64,000 bases of DNA, from the IMG/VR virus record IMGVR_UViG_3300047548_001236, positions 62,001 through 126,000 of that record, one strand, 5' to 3'. The notes beneath the pieces were generated by a model. It was not told the DNA's origin and did not search any database. It saw only the letters and a program-made list of their open reading frames with translations. Below are positions 35,919 to 45,608 of this stretch, in pieces. A program made the translations under genes and the position numbers. Within the stretch, counting starts at the first letter, position 1. Each line of letters begins with the position of its first letter.

Positions 35919-36872
35919 ATGGCAATTGACGTCAAAGAAGACGAATTTCTGTGGGTTCAGAAGTACCGTCCTATGAAGGTGGCTGATACGATTCTTCCTG
36001 ATCGTATGAAAAAGATCTTCGCAAAATTTGTCGAAGATGGAAACGTTCCAAACCTGATTCTCGCTGGTCCCCCTGGAACAGGGAAAACGACTGTTGCGAA
36101 AGCAATGCTCAACGAGATCGGTGCCGATTACATCGTGATCAACGGTTCGCTGAAAGGTGGAATCGACACGCTGCGCTATGAAATTCAGAACTTTGCTTCT
36201 GCTGTTTCGTTCGCTGGTGGTCGCAAGTATGTGATCATTGATGAGGCTGATTACCTCACGATTAACACACAGACTGCATTCCGCGGATTCATTGAGGAGT
36301 TCTCGAAGAACTGTGGATTCATCTTCACATGCAACTACAAAAACCGCATTATTCCAGCCCTTGTTGAGTCTCGCTTCTCGGAGATCGACTTCGTATTCGA
36401 GAATAGCGAAAAACCTCGTCTGGCCGCTGAGTTCTTCAAACGCGTTCGTGCGATCCTAGACCTGGAGCAGGTCCCCTATGAGCCGAAAGCAGTTGCGAAA
36501 GTAGTTGAGAAGTTCTTTCCTGACTTCCGTCGTGTGCTGGGCAACCTGCAGAAGTACGCAGCTTCTGGTAAGATTGATGAAGGAATCTTCGTCGACCTGT
36601 CTAAAGAGTCTCTTGAAGCTGTGTTCACCATGCTGAAAAACAAGCAATTCAGCGAGATGCGCAAGTGGGTGGCAGAGAACAGCGATCAGGATGCTAATGC
36701 TTTGTTTAGACAGATCTATGACATGGCAACGGACAAGATCGAGATGAAGAGCCTTCCAGGGTTTGTAGTCACACTGGCTGACTACATGTATAAGCATTCA
36801 TTTGTTGCGGATCCTGAGGTTAATATGGTTGCTTTCCTGACCGAGATTATGCTTGAATGCACCTTTAAGTGA
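35919..36872 (+). CDS. clamp loader large subunit gp44
   Basis: LWVQKYRP, GPPGTGKT, IIDEAD, FPDFRR. Confidence 0.95.
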   Translation: MAIDVKEDEFLWVQKYRPMKVADTILPDRMKKIFAKFVEDGNVPNLILAGPPGTGKTTVAKAMLNEIGADYIVINGSLKGGIDTLRYEIQNFASAVSFAGGRKYVIIDEADYLTINTQTAFRGFIEEFSKNCGFIFTCNYKNRIIPALVESRFSEIDFVFENSEKPRLAAEFFKRVRAILDLEQVPYEPKAVAKVVEKFFPDFRRVLGNLQKYAASGKIDEGIFVDLSKESLEAVFTMLKNKQFSEMRKWVAENSDQDANALFRQIYDMATDKIEMKSLPGFVVTLADYMYKHSFVADPEVNMVAFLTEIMLECTFK

Positions 36873-36879
36873 TGATGGA

Positions 36880-37674
36880 TCACAGCTCGATGGATGATTG
36901 TTTTATTATAAACCTAGACTTGCCGGTTTTTTCCATGCATTCTTTTGTCGAGCTGTATACCCTTCCCTCATATTGTATAGGTTTTGCTGTGTGTGGAACG
37001 CCGTTTTTATATTTGAGGGGAGCGATCCCCTCAACCCATCCATCTTCGATGAAGGATTGTAATTGGGATTCTTCAACGCACTTTCTAACGCCCATTTTTA
37101 CGATCATACGTCTTTTTTTACCATAATTTGGGTTCTTAGAAGGATCGATGTATCTTTGGGAGGCGTTTTCGGATATTTTTTTGCGGTGTGCCTGTGTAAA
37201 AACTCTACCCAATATCCAACCCCGTTCCATATATTCGCTAAGCGCATCAGCTCTAACAATCTTGGACTCGATCCCGTTATTGATCCACATCGTGTTTGAA
37301 TTCATGGTGCTTATATTTTGGATCATCTCGGTCCTAAGCTTTTCGTATAGTTTTGAGTTGATCGTCATTCCATTTTTATGTTTCATCGCCCATAGCGCAC
37401 TTCTCTGTGACCGCGAGGTCGGAAAAGTCCTCCATATCAACGTATGTGCAATGAAATGTTGTCTCGGCGTAAGATATACGCAATTCCACGGATTGTCTTT
37501 AAGAGAAGAAAATTGTGGGAACATGTCCCGTGCTTTTGGGCATATATGATGACGCTCCCAAGCTTTATTGGGGGAGGATGCGTTCTTCTCTTGACATTTT
37601 TGGATAAAGCTGACATACTTTATGAGGTAGTGTCTATTATGGTCTTTTAACGATAGTATAGCATAAATATCCAT
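36880..37674 (-). mobile_element. free-standing HNH homing endonuclease (MobE-like)
   Basis: ERHHICPK...NCVYLTPRQHFIAH; WINNG and GRV repeats; antisense insertion between gp44 and gp62. Confidence 0.88.
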
Positions 37675-37752
37675 GCTGGAAAGCTCCTTGTTAGTGGTTT
37701 CTAGAGTAGGTGGATTTCTCGGCAGTCATCGTGACCTACAACTTTATTTATA
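37675..37752 (-). promoter_or_regulatory. late promoter plus hairpin leader of HNH gene
   Basis: TATAAATA, GTAGG/CCTAC stem, CTACTCTAGAAAC, AGGAG. Confidence 0.7.
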
Positions 37753-37768
37753 AATTTTTGATGATGGA

Positions 37769-38182
37769 GTGCTCTTTCAAATGAGGAAAATCGAGCAGGT
37801 AACAGTCAGCGGTCGAGTGTTCCCGATCACGCAAATCGAACGAGATGTTGGGAAAGGTGTGAAAGAGATATCGTATCAAGTCGATCTAGGCGACGGACAG
37901 CAAAAGACTCTTAGAGTCAAATACGAAACAGACATGGTGGATGCCCTTATGCGTTCGCATGGGATCGACGCAGAAGACGAGCTGGTCGAAGTGGCCATTC
38001 AGGAAATTAGAATGGAGCTATTCGAGTATATGCACAAGGTCAAGATGGTGGATATCATTGAAGGTCGGCATCCTGAATTGCTTGCCGAATTTGCATCGCA
38101 TTTTGACGTGAACCTTCTCAATCCAGAAGTGCAGGAAAAACACATTGACCTGATCGCAGAGGCGTTAAAGAGGAGTGAATGA
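37769..38182 (+). CDS. hypothetical protein with gp23-like motif
   Basis: SHGIDAEDELVEVAIQEI. Confidence 0.55.
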   Translation: MLFQMRKIEQVTVSGRVFPITQIERDVGKGVKEISYQVDLGDGQQKTLRVKYETDMVDALMRSHGIDAEDELVEVAIQEIRMELFEYMHKVKMVDIIEGRHPELLAEFASHFDVNLLNPEVQEKHIDLIAEALKRSE

Positions 38183-38370
38183 TGTGGTTCCTTCGTAAGC
38201 CCCCAGTGAAAGTGTTTTGCTTCTTCTGCAAAGTGGAAGTAGCAAAAGACGATGCCTTTGAGCTAGAATACAAAGCAAGGGACGGCAGTGGCAAGGTCAA
38301 CATGTGTCCTATGTGCGCCGGACTAATGAACGATATGCCTAATGCTTTGAGGAAAATGCATAATGACTGA
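38179..38370 (+). CDS. small CxxC...CxxC protein
   Basis: CFFC...CPMC. Confidence 0.6.
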   Translation: MMWFLRKPPVKVFCFFCKVEVAKDDAFELEYKARDGSGKVNMCPMCAGLMNDMPNALRKMHND

Positions 38371-38758
38371 ATATACTCCTTTCGACTTCATCAATTCTGC
38401 ATCACATACAAAGGTAGATCTGGTGAAAACGGCCGATCGACCAGAAGACATTGAGAAGCAGTACAACCCGTTTCTTGCGAACAAAGGGTTCTCATACTTT
38501 GAGGACACTGTGCTTCATGCCAATGAAATGAACCGTATGCATCATCTGTTCAAGGATGCTCAGTATAGATACTACCTGAATGCTCTTAGAACTCGCAAGC
38601 GATTCTCCAAATGGCACAAGGTAGATAAGAACACAGATCTTGATGTAATTCAGCAGTATTACCAATGCAATCGCACTGTAGCAAAGGGATATCTCAAGAT
38701 TCTCACCCCCGAAAATCTCAAGGAAATAAATATGAAGATGAACAAAGGTGGTTCATGA
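38363..38758 (+). CDS. clamp loader small subunit gp62
   Basis: PFDFINS, YNPFLANKGFS, NEMN, RKRFSKW. Confidence 0.92.
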   Translation: MTEYTPFDFINSASHTKVDLVKTADRPEDIEKQYNPFLANKGFSYFEDTVLHANEMNRMHHLFKDAQYRYYLNALRTRKRFSKWHKVDKNTDLDVIQQYYQCNRTVAKGYLKILTPENLKEINMKMNKGGS

Positions 38759-38788
38759 TCCATAACTATAACAATAAAGGTGATCATT

Positions 38789-39193
38789 ATGACAGACATA
38801 TTTCGAGGGGTGGGTGTTGAGATCTCGTTACCAAACCCCGATGATTTTCTGAAAATTAAAGAGACTCTGACACGCGTAGGCATCGCATCTCGTAGAGACA
38901 AAAAGCTGTATCAATCGTGTCATATTCTACACAAGCAAGGTAGATACGCGATTCTTCACTTCAAAGAACTATTTATCCTTGATGGCAAGGAAGACACATT
39001 TACAGAAGAAGATAAGGCACGTAGAAACACGATCGTTAATTTGCTCGAAGAATGGGGTTTGCTAACCGTTCTTCAACCCTCGAAGACCGAAGAGCCTGTT
39101 GCGCCTCTTAGTCAAATAAAAATCTTGTCCCACAAAGAAAAGGGTCAGTGGGAGCTTGAAAGCAAGTACAACATAGGTAAAAAGAAAGGTTGA
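38789..39193 (+). CDS. regA: translational repressor RegA
   Basis: DDFLKIKETLTRVGIASR..KLYQSCHILHKQGRYAILHFKELF. Confidence 0.96.
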   Translation: MTDIFRGVGVEISLPNPDDFLKIKETLTRVGIASRRDKKLYQSCHILHKQGRYAILHFKELFILDGKEDTFTEEDKARRNTIVNLLEEWGLLTVLQPSKTEEPVAPLSQIKILSHKEKGQWELESKYNIGKKKG

Positions 39194-39200
39194 CTATATC

Positions 39201-39710
39201 ATGAAGGTATTTAAGTTCAGTCCGAATGCTGAGATTCCTGCATTCGCTACGGAAGGATCTGCCGCGTTTGATCTTAAAGCATGTCTTGATGCTGGGACAA
39301 AGCTGCGTGCATTCAATCCTCACAACAGAGAGATGGAAATTCCCGTAAAACCAGCTGCTGATGGTCGTCTGGCTGTCACGCTCCACCCACAATTTCGTAC
39401 GCTCGTTCCTACGGGATTGATCTTTGACATTCCCGAAAAGCACGTGCTCAAGCTATTCATCCGTTCGAGCATGGCTCTCAAGTATAGTCTTGCTCTCGCA
39501 AACGGAACAGGGATCATTGACAGCGACTACGTTGATCCCACTTACATGATGGTGATCAACACTGGCGATACTCCCATCCTCATTTACCACGGGGACCGTA
39601 TCGCACAAGGTCTACTCGAAAAGACCTACAAGTATACTCTGGAGGAAACAACAGAGAAGCCCAGCAAGAAGACCGATAGAGACGGTGGGCTAGGGTCCAC
39701 TGGGACCTGA
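39201..39710 (+). CDS. dut: dUTPase
   Basis: GSAAFDL, VPTGL, RSS, GIIDSDY, RIAQG, RDGGLGSTG. Confidence 0.95.
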   Translation: MKVFKFSPNAEIPAFATEGSAAFDLKACLDAGTKLRAFNPHNREMEIPVKPAADGRLAVTLHPQFRTLVPTGLIFDIPEKHVLKLFIRSSMALKYSLALANGTGIIDSDYVDPTYMMVINTGDTPILIYHGDRIAQGLLEKTYKYTLEETTEKPSKKTDRDGGLGSTGT

Positions 39711-39746
39711 TCTTCACTCAGACACAGACAGAGAAAGGAAACTACC

Positions 39747-39995
39747 ATGACTAACAAAAACGGATTCGAAATCAGACTCGAAGTGCTCAAGATGGCCAAA
39801 GAGATGATGGATCGTCAGTATGACGAGGCATCCAATGCATATTGGACATCGATACACACGATGGCTGAAAAGTGGAATAAATCCATTGAAAGCCTTGTCG
39901 AACAAACCCAAAGCATGAAGCCAGAAATGTACACACCAGCAGAGATGATGGCCAAGGCTCAGGAACTCTACGGGTTTGTCTCCAAGAAAGATTGA
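39747..39995 (+). CDS. hypothetical phage protein
   Basis: NGFEIRLEVLKMAKEM...AQELYGFVS. Confidence 0.7.
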   Translation: MTNKNGFEIRLEVLKMAKEMMDRQYDEASNAYWTSIHTMAEKWNKSIESLVEQTQSMKPEMYTPAEMMAKAQELYGFVSKKD

Positions 39996-39998
39996 TTA

Positions 39999-40598
39999 AT
40001 GGAAACACATCGCATTCCATCAGATTTTTCAGATCGCGTAGCGCTTGGTTTTACCAAAGCGCTACGCTTTGTTGCTGACACTTTTTTCAGAAAACGATAC
40101 GGTCATAGAGCCGTTGTACTCGAGACTGTAGCAGCCGTACCAGGCATGGTTGCAGGGGCTGGTCTACATCTCAAATCGCTGCGTAAAATGCAAGACGATA
40201 AAGGATGGATCAAAGAGCTTCTCGATGAAGCGGACAACGAACGAATGCATCTGATGACATTCGTAGAACTATCCAAGCCTACGTTTCTTGAAAGACTGAT
40301 CATACTATTTGCTCAAGCGATATTTGTCGTGTTTTATGCGCTTGTGTATTTCTTCTTCCCTAAAACAGCTCACCGTATCATAGGATACTTTGAAGAGGAA
40401 GCTGTCAGATCATACACTGAGTTTCTCGCGGAAATCGACAACGGAAAGATTCCAAACGTCCCAGCACCAAAGATTGCCATCGACTATTGGAAACTCCCCT
40501 CAGATGCTACGCTCAGAGACGTTGTGATTGTCGTCAGAGACGATGAAGCTGGTCACAGAGACAGAAATCATCAAATGGCTGATGAGTTGGCTGTATAA
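39999..40598 (+). CDS. aox: alternative oxidase (diiron ubiquinol oxidase)
   Basis: LETVAAVPGM, EADNERMHL, GYFEEEAVRSY, RDDEAGH. Confidence 0.92.
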   Translation: METHRIPSDFSDRVALGFTKALRFVADTFFRKRYGHRAVVLETVAAVPGMVAGAGLHLKSLRKMQDDKGWIKELLDEADNERMHLMTFVELSKPTFLERLIILFAQAIFVVFYALVYFFFPKTAHRIIGYFEEEAVRSYTEFLAEIDNGKIPNVPAPKIAIDYWKLPSDATLRDVVIVVRDDEAGHRDRNHQMADELAV

Positions 40599-40601
40599 AT
40601 A

Positions 40602-40686
40602 GTTTCAGGAGATGCTTCACGGGTCTCCTCAAACAGCGTGTCGTGAGAACGCTGACTTTAATCTCGCTTAACAAAAGGAGAATGAC
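40602..40686 (+). promoter_or_regulatory. ROSE-like RNA thermometer in hsp20 leader (after TATAAATA at 40594)
   Basis: Three hairpins; the last pairs TCTC(G)CTT with AAGGAGA with a bulged G. Confidence 0.65.
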
Positions 40687-41118
40687 ATGACTACACTAGA
40701 AAAAGAACTGGACAGCATTGTCCACAGCCTACTGTTCCCTGCCCGCTACGCAAAGTCGTTTGTCAACAGCGGCGCCTCTTATCCTCCATACAACATCATC
40801 CGTCTTAACGAACAACACGTAGTGTTGGAGATTGCCGTTGCTGGCTTCAAAGAAGCTGAGCTGAACGTCGTTGTTGAAGATGGTGAGTTGAAGATTGTAG
40901 GACGTAAACAAGACGTCGATAATGTAGAGTATATCTACAAAGGGATCGGCGCTCGTGCATTTGAACGTAAGTTCACTCTATCGCCAGACGCTCGTGTCGT
41001 TAAAGCAGAATATGCCGACGGCATTCTTTCGATCTTCGTGGAGTACCTTGTACCAGAAGAAAAGAAGCCCAACACGATTCCAATCAACAAGGGTGAGCGG
41101 TTGTATCTGACCGAGTAA
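40687..41118 (+). CDS. small heat-shock protein Hsp20 (IbpA-like)
   Basis: YPPYNI, LEIAVAGF, YKGIGARAF, DGILSI, PEEKKP. Confidence 0.93.
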   Translation: MTTLEKELDSIVHSLLFPARYAKSFVNSGASYPPYNIIRLNEQHVVLEIAVAGFKEAELNVVVEDGELKIVGRKQDVDNVEYIYKGIGARAFERKFTLSPDARVVKAEYADGILSIFVEYLVPEEKKPNTIPINKGERLYLTE

Positions 41119-41120
41119 AG

Positions 41121-41147
41121 GAAAGGGGCTCGAAAGAGCCCCTTTTT
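41121..41147. terminator. bidirectional terminator
   Basis: AAAGGGGCTC-GAAA-GAGCCCCTTTT between convergent genes. Confidence 0.88.
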
Positions 41148-42894
41148 AATTCATCACTGACGGAAGGTTGAAAGCTAGCTGCGGTAACGTAAGGGACGAA
41201 CCACCTGTTATGATGTTCGTGATGTTGCCACCGTTGTTGACGCTCGTTGGTCCACCTTGATTGTTGACAATCACAGGTGCAGATCCACCGCCCATTGGGC
41301 CATATGAAAGAGGAACGGATGGCCTACTAATCACGTTGACGTTACTCTGAGTTCTTGCTACAGCTGGACTAGTCATAATTCTTTCGGCGTCCATCGACAG
41401 TTTATTTCTCACCGTGTCGGGGCTGAGAGCAAACCCTTCGGCGTCTGTTGTGTACTCTTTGATCATTCTATTGATCAAAGCATTTGTATCGCCATACCTT
41501 ACGGTAGTTGGCTCCATTTGACTTTCTCTGCGTTCCTGTTCTCTTTCTTCCCAGTACTCTGGTTCCATAGGAGACGCGATCAAACCACCAGGACCAAACG
41601 ATCCTGGATACTTCTCTTCAAACCCCTTTACTAAATCAGCCGCCCCTTGATAGTCACCTTCCTGAGCTTTTTTCTCTGCTTCGGCCATCATAGCATTGCG
41701 ATCTTCCATATACTGGTCTCTATCATCAGAACCAGGTATTTCTGCGCCACCACCGAGAATCTGACTTGCTGCCCATGCAGTTGCAATACCATTTGCAAAC
41801 GCGATGAATCTACCCGCCCACGGGAATAGTTTTGTCATCCACGATTCTGGTGCTGCTGCACCAGCACCTGGAGCGCCAGGTCTGGCTGGAGGAGTCTCTA
41901 CAGGCGGTGCGCCAGGAGGAGGTGCCCCGCGAGGAGGTGCACCGACCCGCGGAGAATTGCCTCGTGGTGTTTCAGGTGTTGAAGGGGCTGTCGGAGGAGT
42001 CGAAGGACGAGGAGATGGCGCTGGACGTCCAGAAGGTCTCCCACCCGGTGCTCTACCTCTCGACATAATTCCTTTTCCAAGATTCTTAATTACGCTCCAT
42101 ATACCTGAAAAGGTTCGTCCAACCCAATTTTTAATAGCAATCTTTGCTTTATTCTTCTTCAAAAAGTCGAAGATCTCATCAAATATTTCGCCGATCCAAC
42201 TATCTTCTTCATCTTCTTCTTGATTTTGTTGTTGGGGAGTTGGTCCAAGCCCTTCCGTGATTGAAGGCGGCATTGTCATAGGTGTTCGAATCTGTGTCAG
42301 AGCATCTGGCTCTCTACTAACAGCTCCGAGATCAGATATAGAGCGCTGTCTTTCACGGTCTTCCATATCAATTTGTAGCGAGCGGGTCAGCAGTGCTCTC
42401 TGTTCAGCAAGCAACTCGACAATTCGTTCGAGATGTTTATTGCTACTCTCCATCATCAGATAGTATGGATTTTCTTTATTGTCCAGGTACTCGGTTATTG
42501 AAGGACCACCACTTACCTCTGTGGTTCCTTTTTTAACGCCGTCGCCTTCTTCCTTCTTGGCTTCGTCCTTTTCCTTCTTCTGTTCCTGATTTTCCTTCTG
42601 CTCATCCTCGCGGAAGGTGTCGAAGTTATCCATAAACATTTCAAACTTGCGAAGCAAGGTCGAATTCTGAACAGCCGATTGTCTGATAAGACTTAGAGCA
42701 TTACCAAGACGGCTGGGTTGCTTGCCGTCTTCACCAGCTTCCGGTCGTCTGAACATTTGAGTCATTTCAAACGCTTGACCAAGTATTGGGGAACGTAGAT
42801 ATATGCTTTCACCTGCCACTTGAGCAAGTTTTGTGGCAATTCTACGAGCCTTCCCTGGCTGCTTTTTATTGGCTGGTGCTGCTTGATCGGCCAT
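41146..42894 (-). CDS. putative baseplate hub / tail length determinant (gp29-like)
   Basis: 582 aa, helical with a Pro-rich linker; next to gp51/gp26; assigned by synteny and size. Confidence 0.45.
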   Translation of the reverse strand: MADQAAPANKKQPGKARRIATKLAQVAGESIYLRSPILGQAFEMTQMFRRPEAGEDGKQPSRLGNALSLIRQSAVQNSTLLRKFEMFMDNFDTFREDEQKENQEQKKEKDEAKKEEGDGVKKGTTEVSGGPSITEYLDNKENPYYLMMESSNKHLERIVELLAEQRALLTRSLQIDMEDRERQRSISDLGAVSREPDALTQIRTPMTMPPSITEGLGPTPQQQNQEEDEEDSWIGEIFDEIFDFLKKNKAKIAIKNWVGRTFSGIWSVIKNLGKGIMSRGRAPGGRPSGRPAPSPRPSTPPTAPSTPETPRGNSPRVGAPPRGAPPPGAPPVETPPARPGAPGAGAAAPESWMTKLFPWAGRFIAFANGIATAWAASQILGGGAEIPGSDDRDQYMEDRNAMMAEAEKKAQEGDYQGAADLVKGFEEKYPGSFGPGGLIASPMEPEYWEEREQERRESQMEPTTVRYGDTNALINRMIKEYTTDAEGFALSPDTVRNKLSMDAERIMTSPAVARTQSNVNVISRPSVPLSYGPMGGGSAPVIVNNQGGPTSVNNGGNITNIITGGSSLTLPQLAFNLPSVMN

Positions 42895-42899
42895 TTGTG

Positions 42900-43067
42900 T
42901 TACCTACTTTGCTGTTCTAGTTTCTTCATATGCTCGACCAACATGGTCAGATAGATGTCACGTTCATAAGGCATTAAAGACTCGATTTCCGATATCTGAT
43001 ACTTATGGTGCTGTGCCAACGCAAATACTGTCTGATAATATATAACGAGGTTGGTGTGACACAGCAT
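42900..43067 (-). CDS. baseplate hub assembly catalyst gp51-like (55 aa)
   Basis: Manually found: YYQTVFALAQHHKYQISEIESLMPYERDIY. Confidence 0.85.
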   Translation of the reverse strand: MLCHTNLVIYYQTVFALAQHHKYQISEIESLMPYERDIYLTMLVEHMKKLEQQSR

Positions 43068-43771
43068 CACATAAAAAAACTTTCCGTTCCCTCAATTACA
43101 AATGTCTTCTTGTTACCGTTTTTATTGACGTATGTTATCTCATGTCTCAGTTTAGGCATTGTCGAGAAAAACGTCTCGATTCGTTCAATCACGTCTGCAC
43201 TGAGACTCTCGATGAAATTGTCAACCTCTTCTCGAGAGAAATTTGAAAACTCGTATACGGTTTGTTCAGATACAAGTTTATCAAAGCATCTGATCATAGC
43301 ATCGTAATACGTTAGTGGATCTGTCGCAGCGTTTGGCTTGAGGGCTGATGTATACACGTCGTAACTTGGGTACTTCAAGAACAACACGTATTCATCATTC
43401 ACACGTATTTTATTGGTGTGCTTTTCATTCCGTGCAATCTTTATATCGTCTACTTTCAACGTTAGCTTGACTTCTTCTTGTGTCTCTGGATCGGTGATCA
43501 CAAAATCAACGACGTTGTTGACTGACTTGCCTCTAATCATAGCTAGAACATATTCAATGTCAAATATTGCAAGATCATCAACGTTTTTACCAATGATACA
43601 GTTATTGAGGATCTGCTTGATTGATGTAATGATTTGCTCAGGATCCCTCGATTCCTTTGCAATCAACATTATTTTTTCTTCCTTGACTGTGAAAGCTCTA
43701 TATTTGATCTTCTCACCTGTCGATGGGAGAACCACTTCATATACAGGCAGGTCAATTACGGGTAGTTTCAT
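43067..43771 (-). CDS. baseplate hub subunit gp26
   Basis: LPVIDLPVY..LPSTG..YRAFTVKEEKI, DIEY, MPKLRH. Confidence 0.9.
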   Translation of the reverse strand: MKLPVIDLPVYEVVLPSTGEKIKYRAFTVKEEKIMLIAKESRDPEQIITSIKQILNNCIIGKNVDDLAIFDIEYVLAMIRGKSVNNVVDFVITDPETQEEVKLTLKVDDIKIARNEKHTNKIRVNDEYVLFLKYPSYDVYTSALKPNAATDPLTYYDAMIRCFDKLVSEQTVYEFSNFSREEVDNFIESLSADVIERIETFFSTMPKLRHEITYVNKNGNKKTFVIEGTESFFM

Positions 43772-43788
43772 GTTATTTCATCTCCATG

Positions 43789-44487
43789 TTAAATTGGAAT
43801 ACCAGGTCCTATTACTTCGACCCCAGCTGATAATGACGTCATGTCATAAGCGCTGTACGAAAAGGCGACTGGCAAAGTCGTGTAACTATCATTCGCAGCC
43901 CATTCAAGATTAATTGATCCAACTTGAACAGGATACACATCATACAAGCGACATACATATTTGTTATCGTATGTGATCGTGCCCGGTGATGTTTCAAAGT
44001 TCACAGAACTAGGACTACGCGAATACATTGTTATCTGCATCATTTGCGAGTATTCTTTTTTGTATCCGAGTTCGTAGGAAAACTGTTGACTCGTGGACGT
44101 TGCAGTTCCTGGTAAAGCTATAGGAGCGCCAGCCGATCCGTTTGTCGTGAAGTTGACAACTTGTCTAAACCACGCATGAAAGTAGTTCATTATTTTGAAC
44201 GAATCGTCTACCATAAACACACATTCAAGTTGCTGTTTATCGATTGCAATTGGAATCGACTGGGGAACGTCGATGTTGTTGGGTCGATATTCGAACACGT
44301 TGACGTTCAGTCCTGGAAACGTGACGTTCTGACAGAAGAACTTGATGTCCTGATTGCCAAAATCAGAATTGTTCCATATCAAGTTGTCTGCACGAGGACT
44401 GAAAAATTCCACGGTGAATAGGTTGGGGCGAGCGAGCCCACCCCTCTTTTCAATAGCCGTCTTAAAATCGTTGATATTGAAGGCCAT
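43789..44487 (-). CDS. baseplate tail-tube initiator (gp54/gp19-like)
   Basis: GGLARPNLF, CQNVTFPG, YPVQVGSINL. Confidence 0.75.
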   Translation of the reverse strand: MAFNINDFKTAIEKRGGLARPNLFTVEFFSPRADNLIWNNSDFGNQDIKFFCQNVTFPGLNVNVFEYRPNNIDVPQSIPIAIDKQQLECVFMVDDSFKIMNYFHAWFRQVVNFTTNGSAGAPIALPGTATSTSQQFSYELGYKKEYSQMMQITMYSRSPSSVNFETSPGTITYDNKYVCRLYDVYPVQVGSINLEWAANDSYTTLPVAFSYSAYDMTSLSAGVEVIGPGIPI

Positions 44488-44488
44488 G

Positions 44489-45091
44489 TTATCTCCTGCT
44501 GAGCATTTGTCTCGAGTCCGCCCACACCTCGGTCTTCGAAGCCTTTTCGAAGCTCTCCACAGGTAGAAATACTGCAGCGGTCCAGTTCTGATGAGGAATC
44601 ATCACGAATCGTGATCTAAAGTGTCTGCCTAGGTAACGCTTGACACAAGGCTGGAAGTACCGGTGTTTTGAGGCTGAGTTGAGAATATTGTAACTAATGA
44701 CGAATCGCTTACGCTCATCTATTTTTGTATTGTTCAACAGATCGTAAAGAGAATCCAATAATTGTGCTCTCAGCGTTGGCGGTAAGTAGTGTAGGTTGAG
44801 ACCTAAGAAACCGTCTGGATATCTCTTTATAGGTATGATCAATGGAAAGGTATCATAGTACGGAAGCGTCTCTTTGTGCTTGGGATCATAGTACGCGAGA
44901 TACATTTTACCAATAGCAACGTTTGACCACGAGCTGACGTAGTTGTCTTTTTCTTCACGTATCACCCGAAGAGGGCTAACAGCTGTTTTTCGTATGTTAA
45001 CACGAAACCACTTGATCGAATCTTGGGTATACTGGTTGGTAATACCCTTCCGAGCCGCATTAGCCATTATGTTTTGAAAAACTGTAGCCAT
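44489..45091 (-). CDS. DNA end protector gp2
   Basis: YDPKHKETLPYYDTFPL, GLNLHYLPP, CVKRYL. Confidence 0.92.
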   Translation of the reverse strand: MATVFQNIMANAARKGITNQYTQDSIKWFRVNIRKTAVSPLRVIREEKDNYVSSWSNVAIGKMYLAYYDPKHKETLPYYDTFPLIIPIKRYPDGFLGLNLHYLPPTLRAQLLDSLYDLLNNTKIDERKRFVISYNILNSASKHRYFQPCVKRYLGRHFRSRFVMIPHQNWTAAVFLPVESFEKASKTEVWADSRQMLSRR

Positions 45092-45097
45092 AAGGCT

Positions 45098-45553
45098 CTA
45101 AACTCCTAATTCGTCTTCTGTGATAACTGTGAACTTCCACCCACGATCATCGCAATACTTTTTTGCTGCGTTCCATTTAGCTTCGTTAATACCATACGTC
45201 TTAACCTCTCTCAGATATCGGGTTGAGATGCGTCCGGTTGGTGTGTTGTTCTTCTTGTTAATGTCGGGCGGCCTGGTTTGCTTCTTAGGCTTTATCTCGA
45301 TCATTATTGTCTCATATTTATCGAGGGCGACTCTCTTTTTCATAATCACGTCAGGAAAATAACGATGGATCTTGTTGTCTATTGGCGATAAGTACGGAAT
45401 AGCAATCTCTTCCGATTGCCACCAGACAACGTCTGGATGTGAATCAATGAATCTAAAGAACCTGAATTCCCATGACGATCTGTATACGATGTTTGTAGGA
45501 TCGCCTTTGTATTTTTCGGGATTCGCGGGCTTGAACCTACCCTTATATGCCAA
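45098..45553 (-). CDS. head completion nuclease gp4
   Basis: KYKGDPTNIVYRSSWE, HRYFPD, NEAKW. Confidence 0.94.
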   Translation of the reverse strand: MAYKGRFKPANPEKYKGDPTNIVYRSSWEFRFFRFIDSHPDVVWWQSEEIAIPYLSPIDNKIHRYFPDVIMKKRVALDKYETIMIEIKPKKQTRPPDINKKNNTPTGRISTRYLREVKTYGINEAKWNAAKKYCDDRGWKFTVITEDELGV

Positions 45554-45608
45554 TGTGTTCCTCTCTCGGTATAAATACGAATAACACTTCTATTTATACG
45601 AGGAAACG

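Noticed and set aside
41800-42060. Pro-rich repeats as a mobile or tandem DNA repeat
   Set aside because: Low-complexity protein linker without DNA-level periodicity
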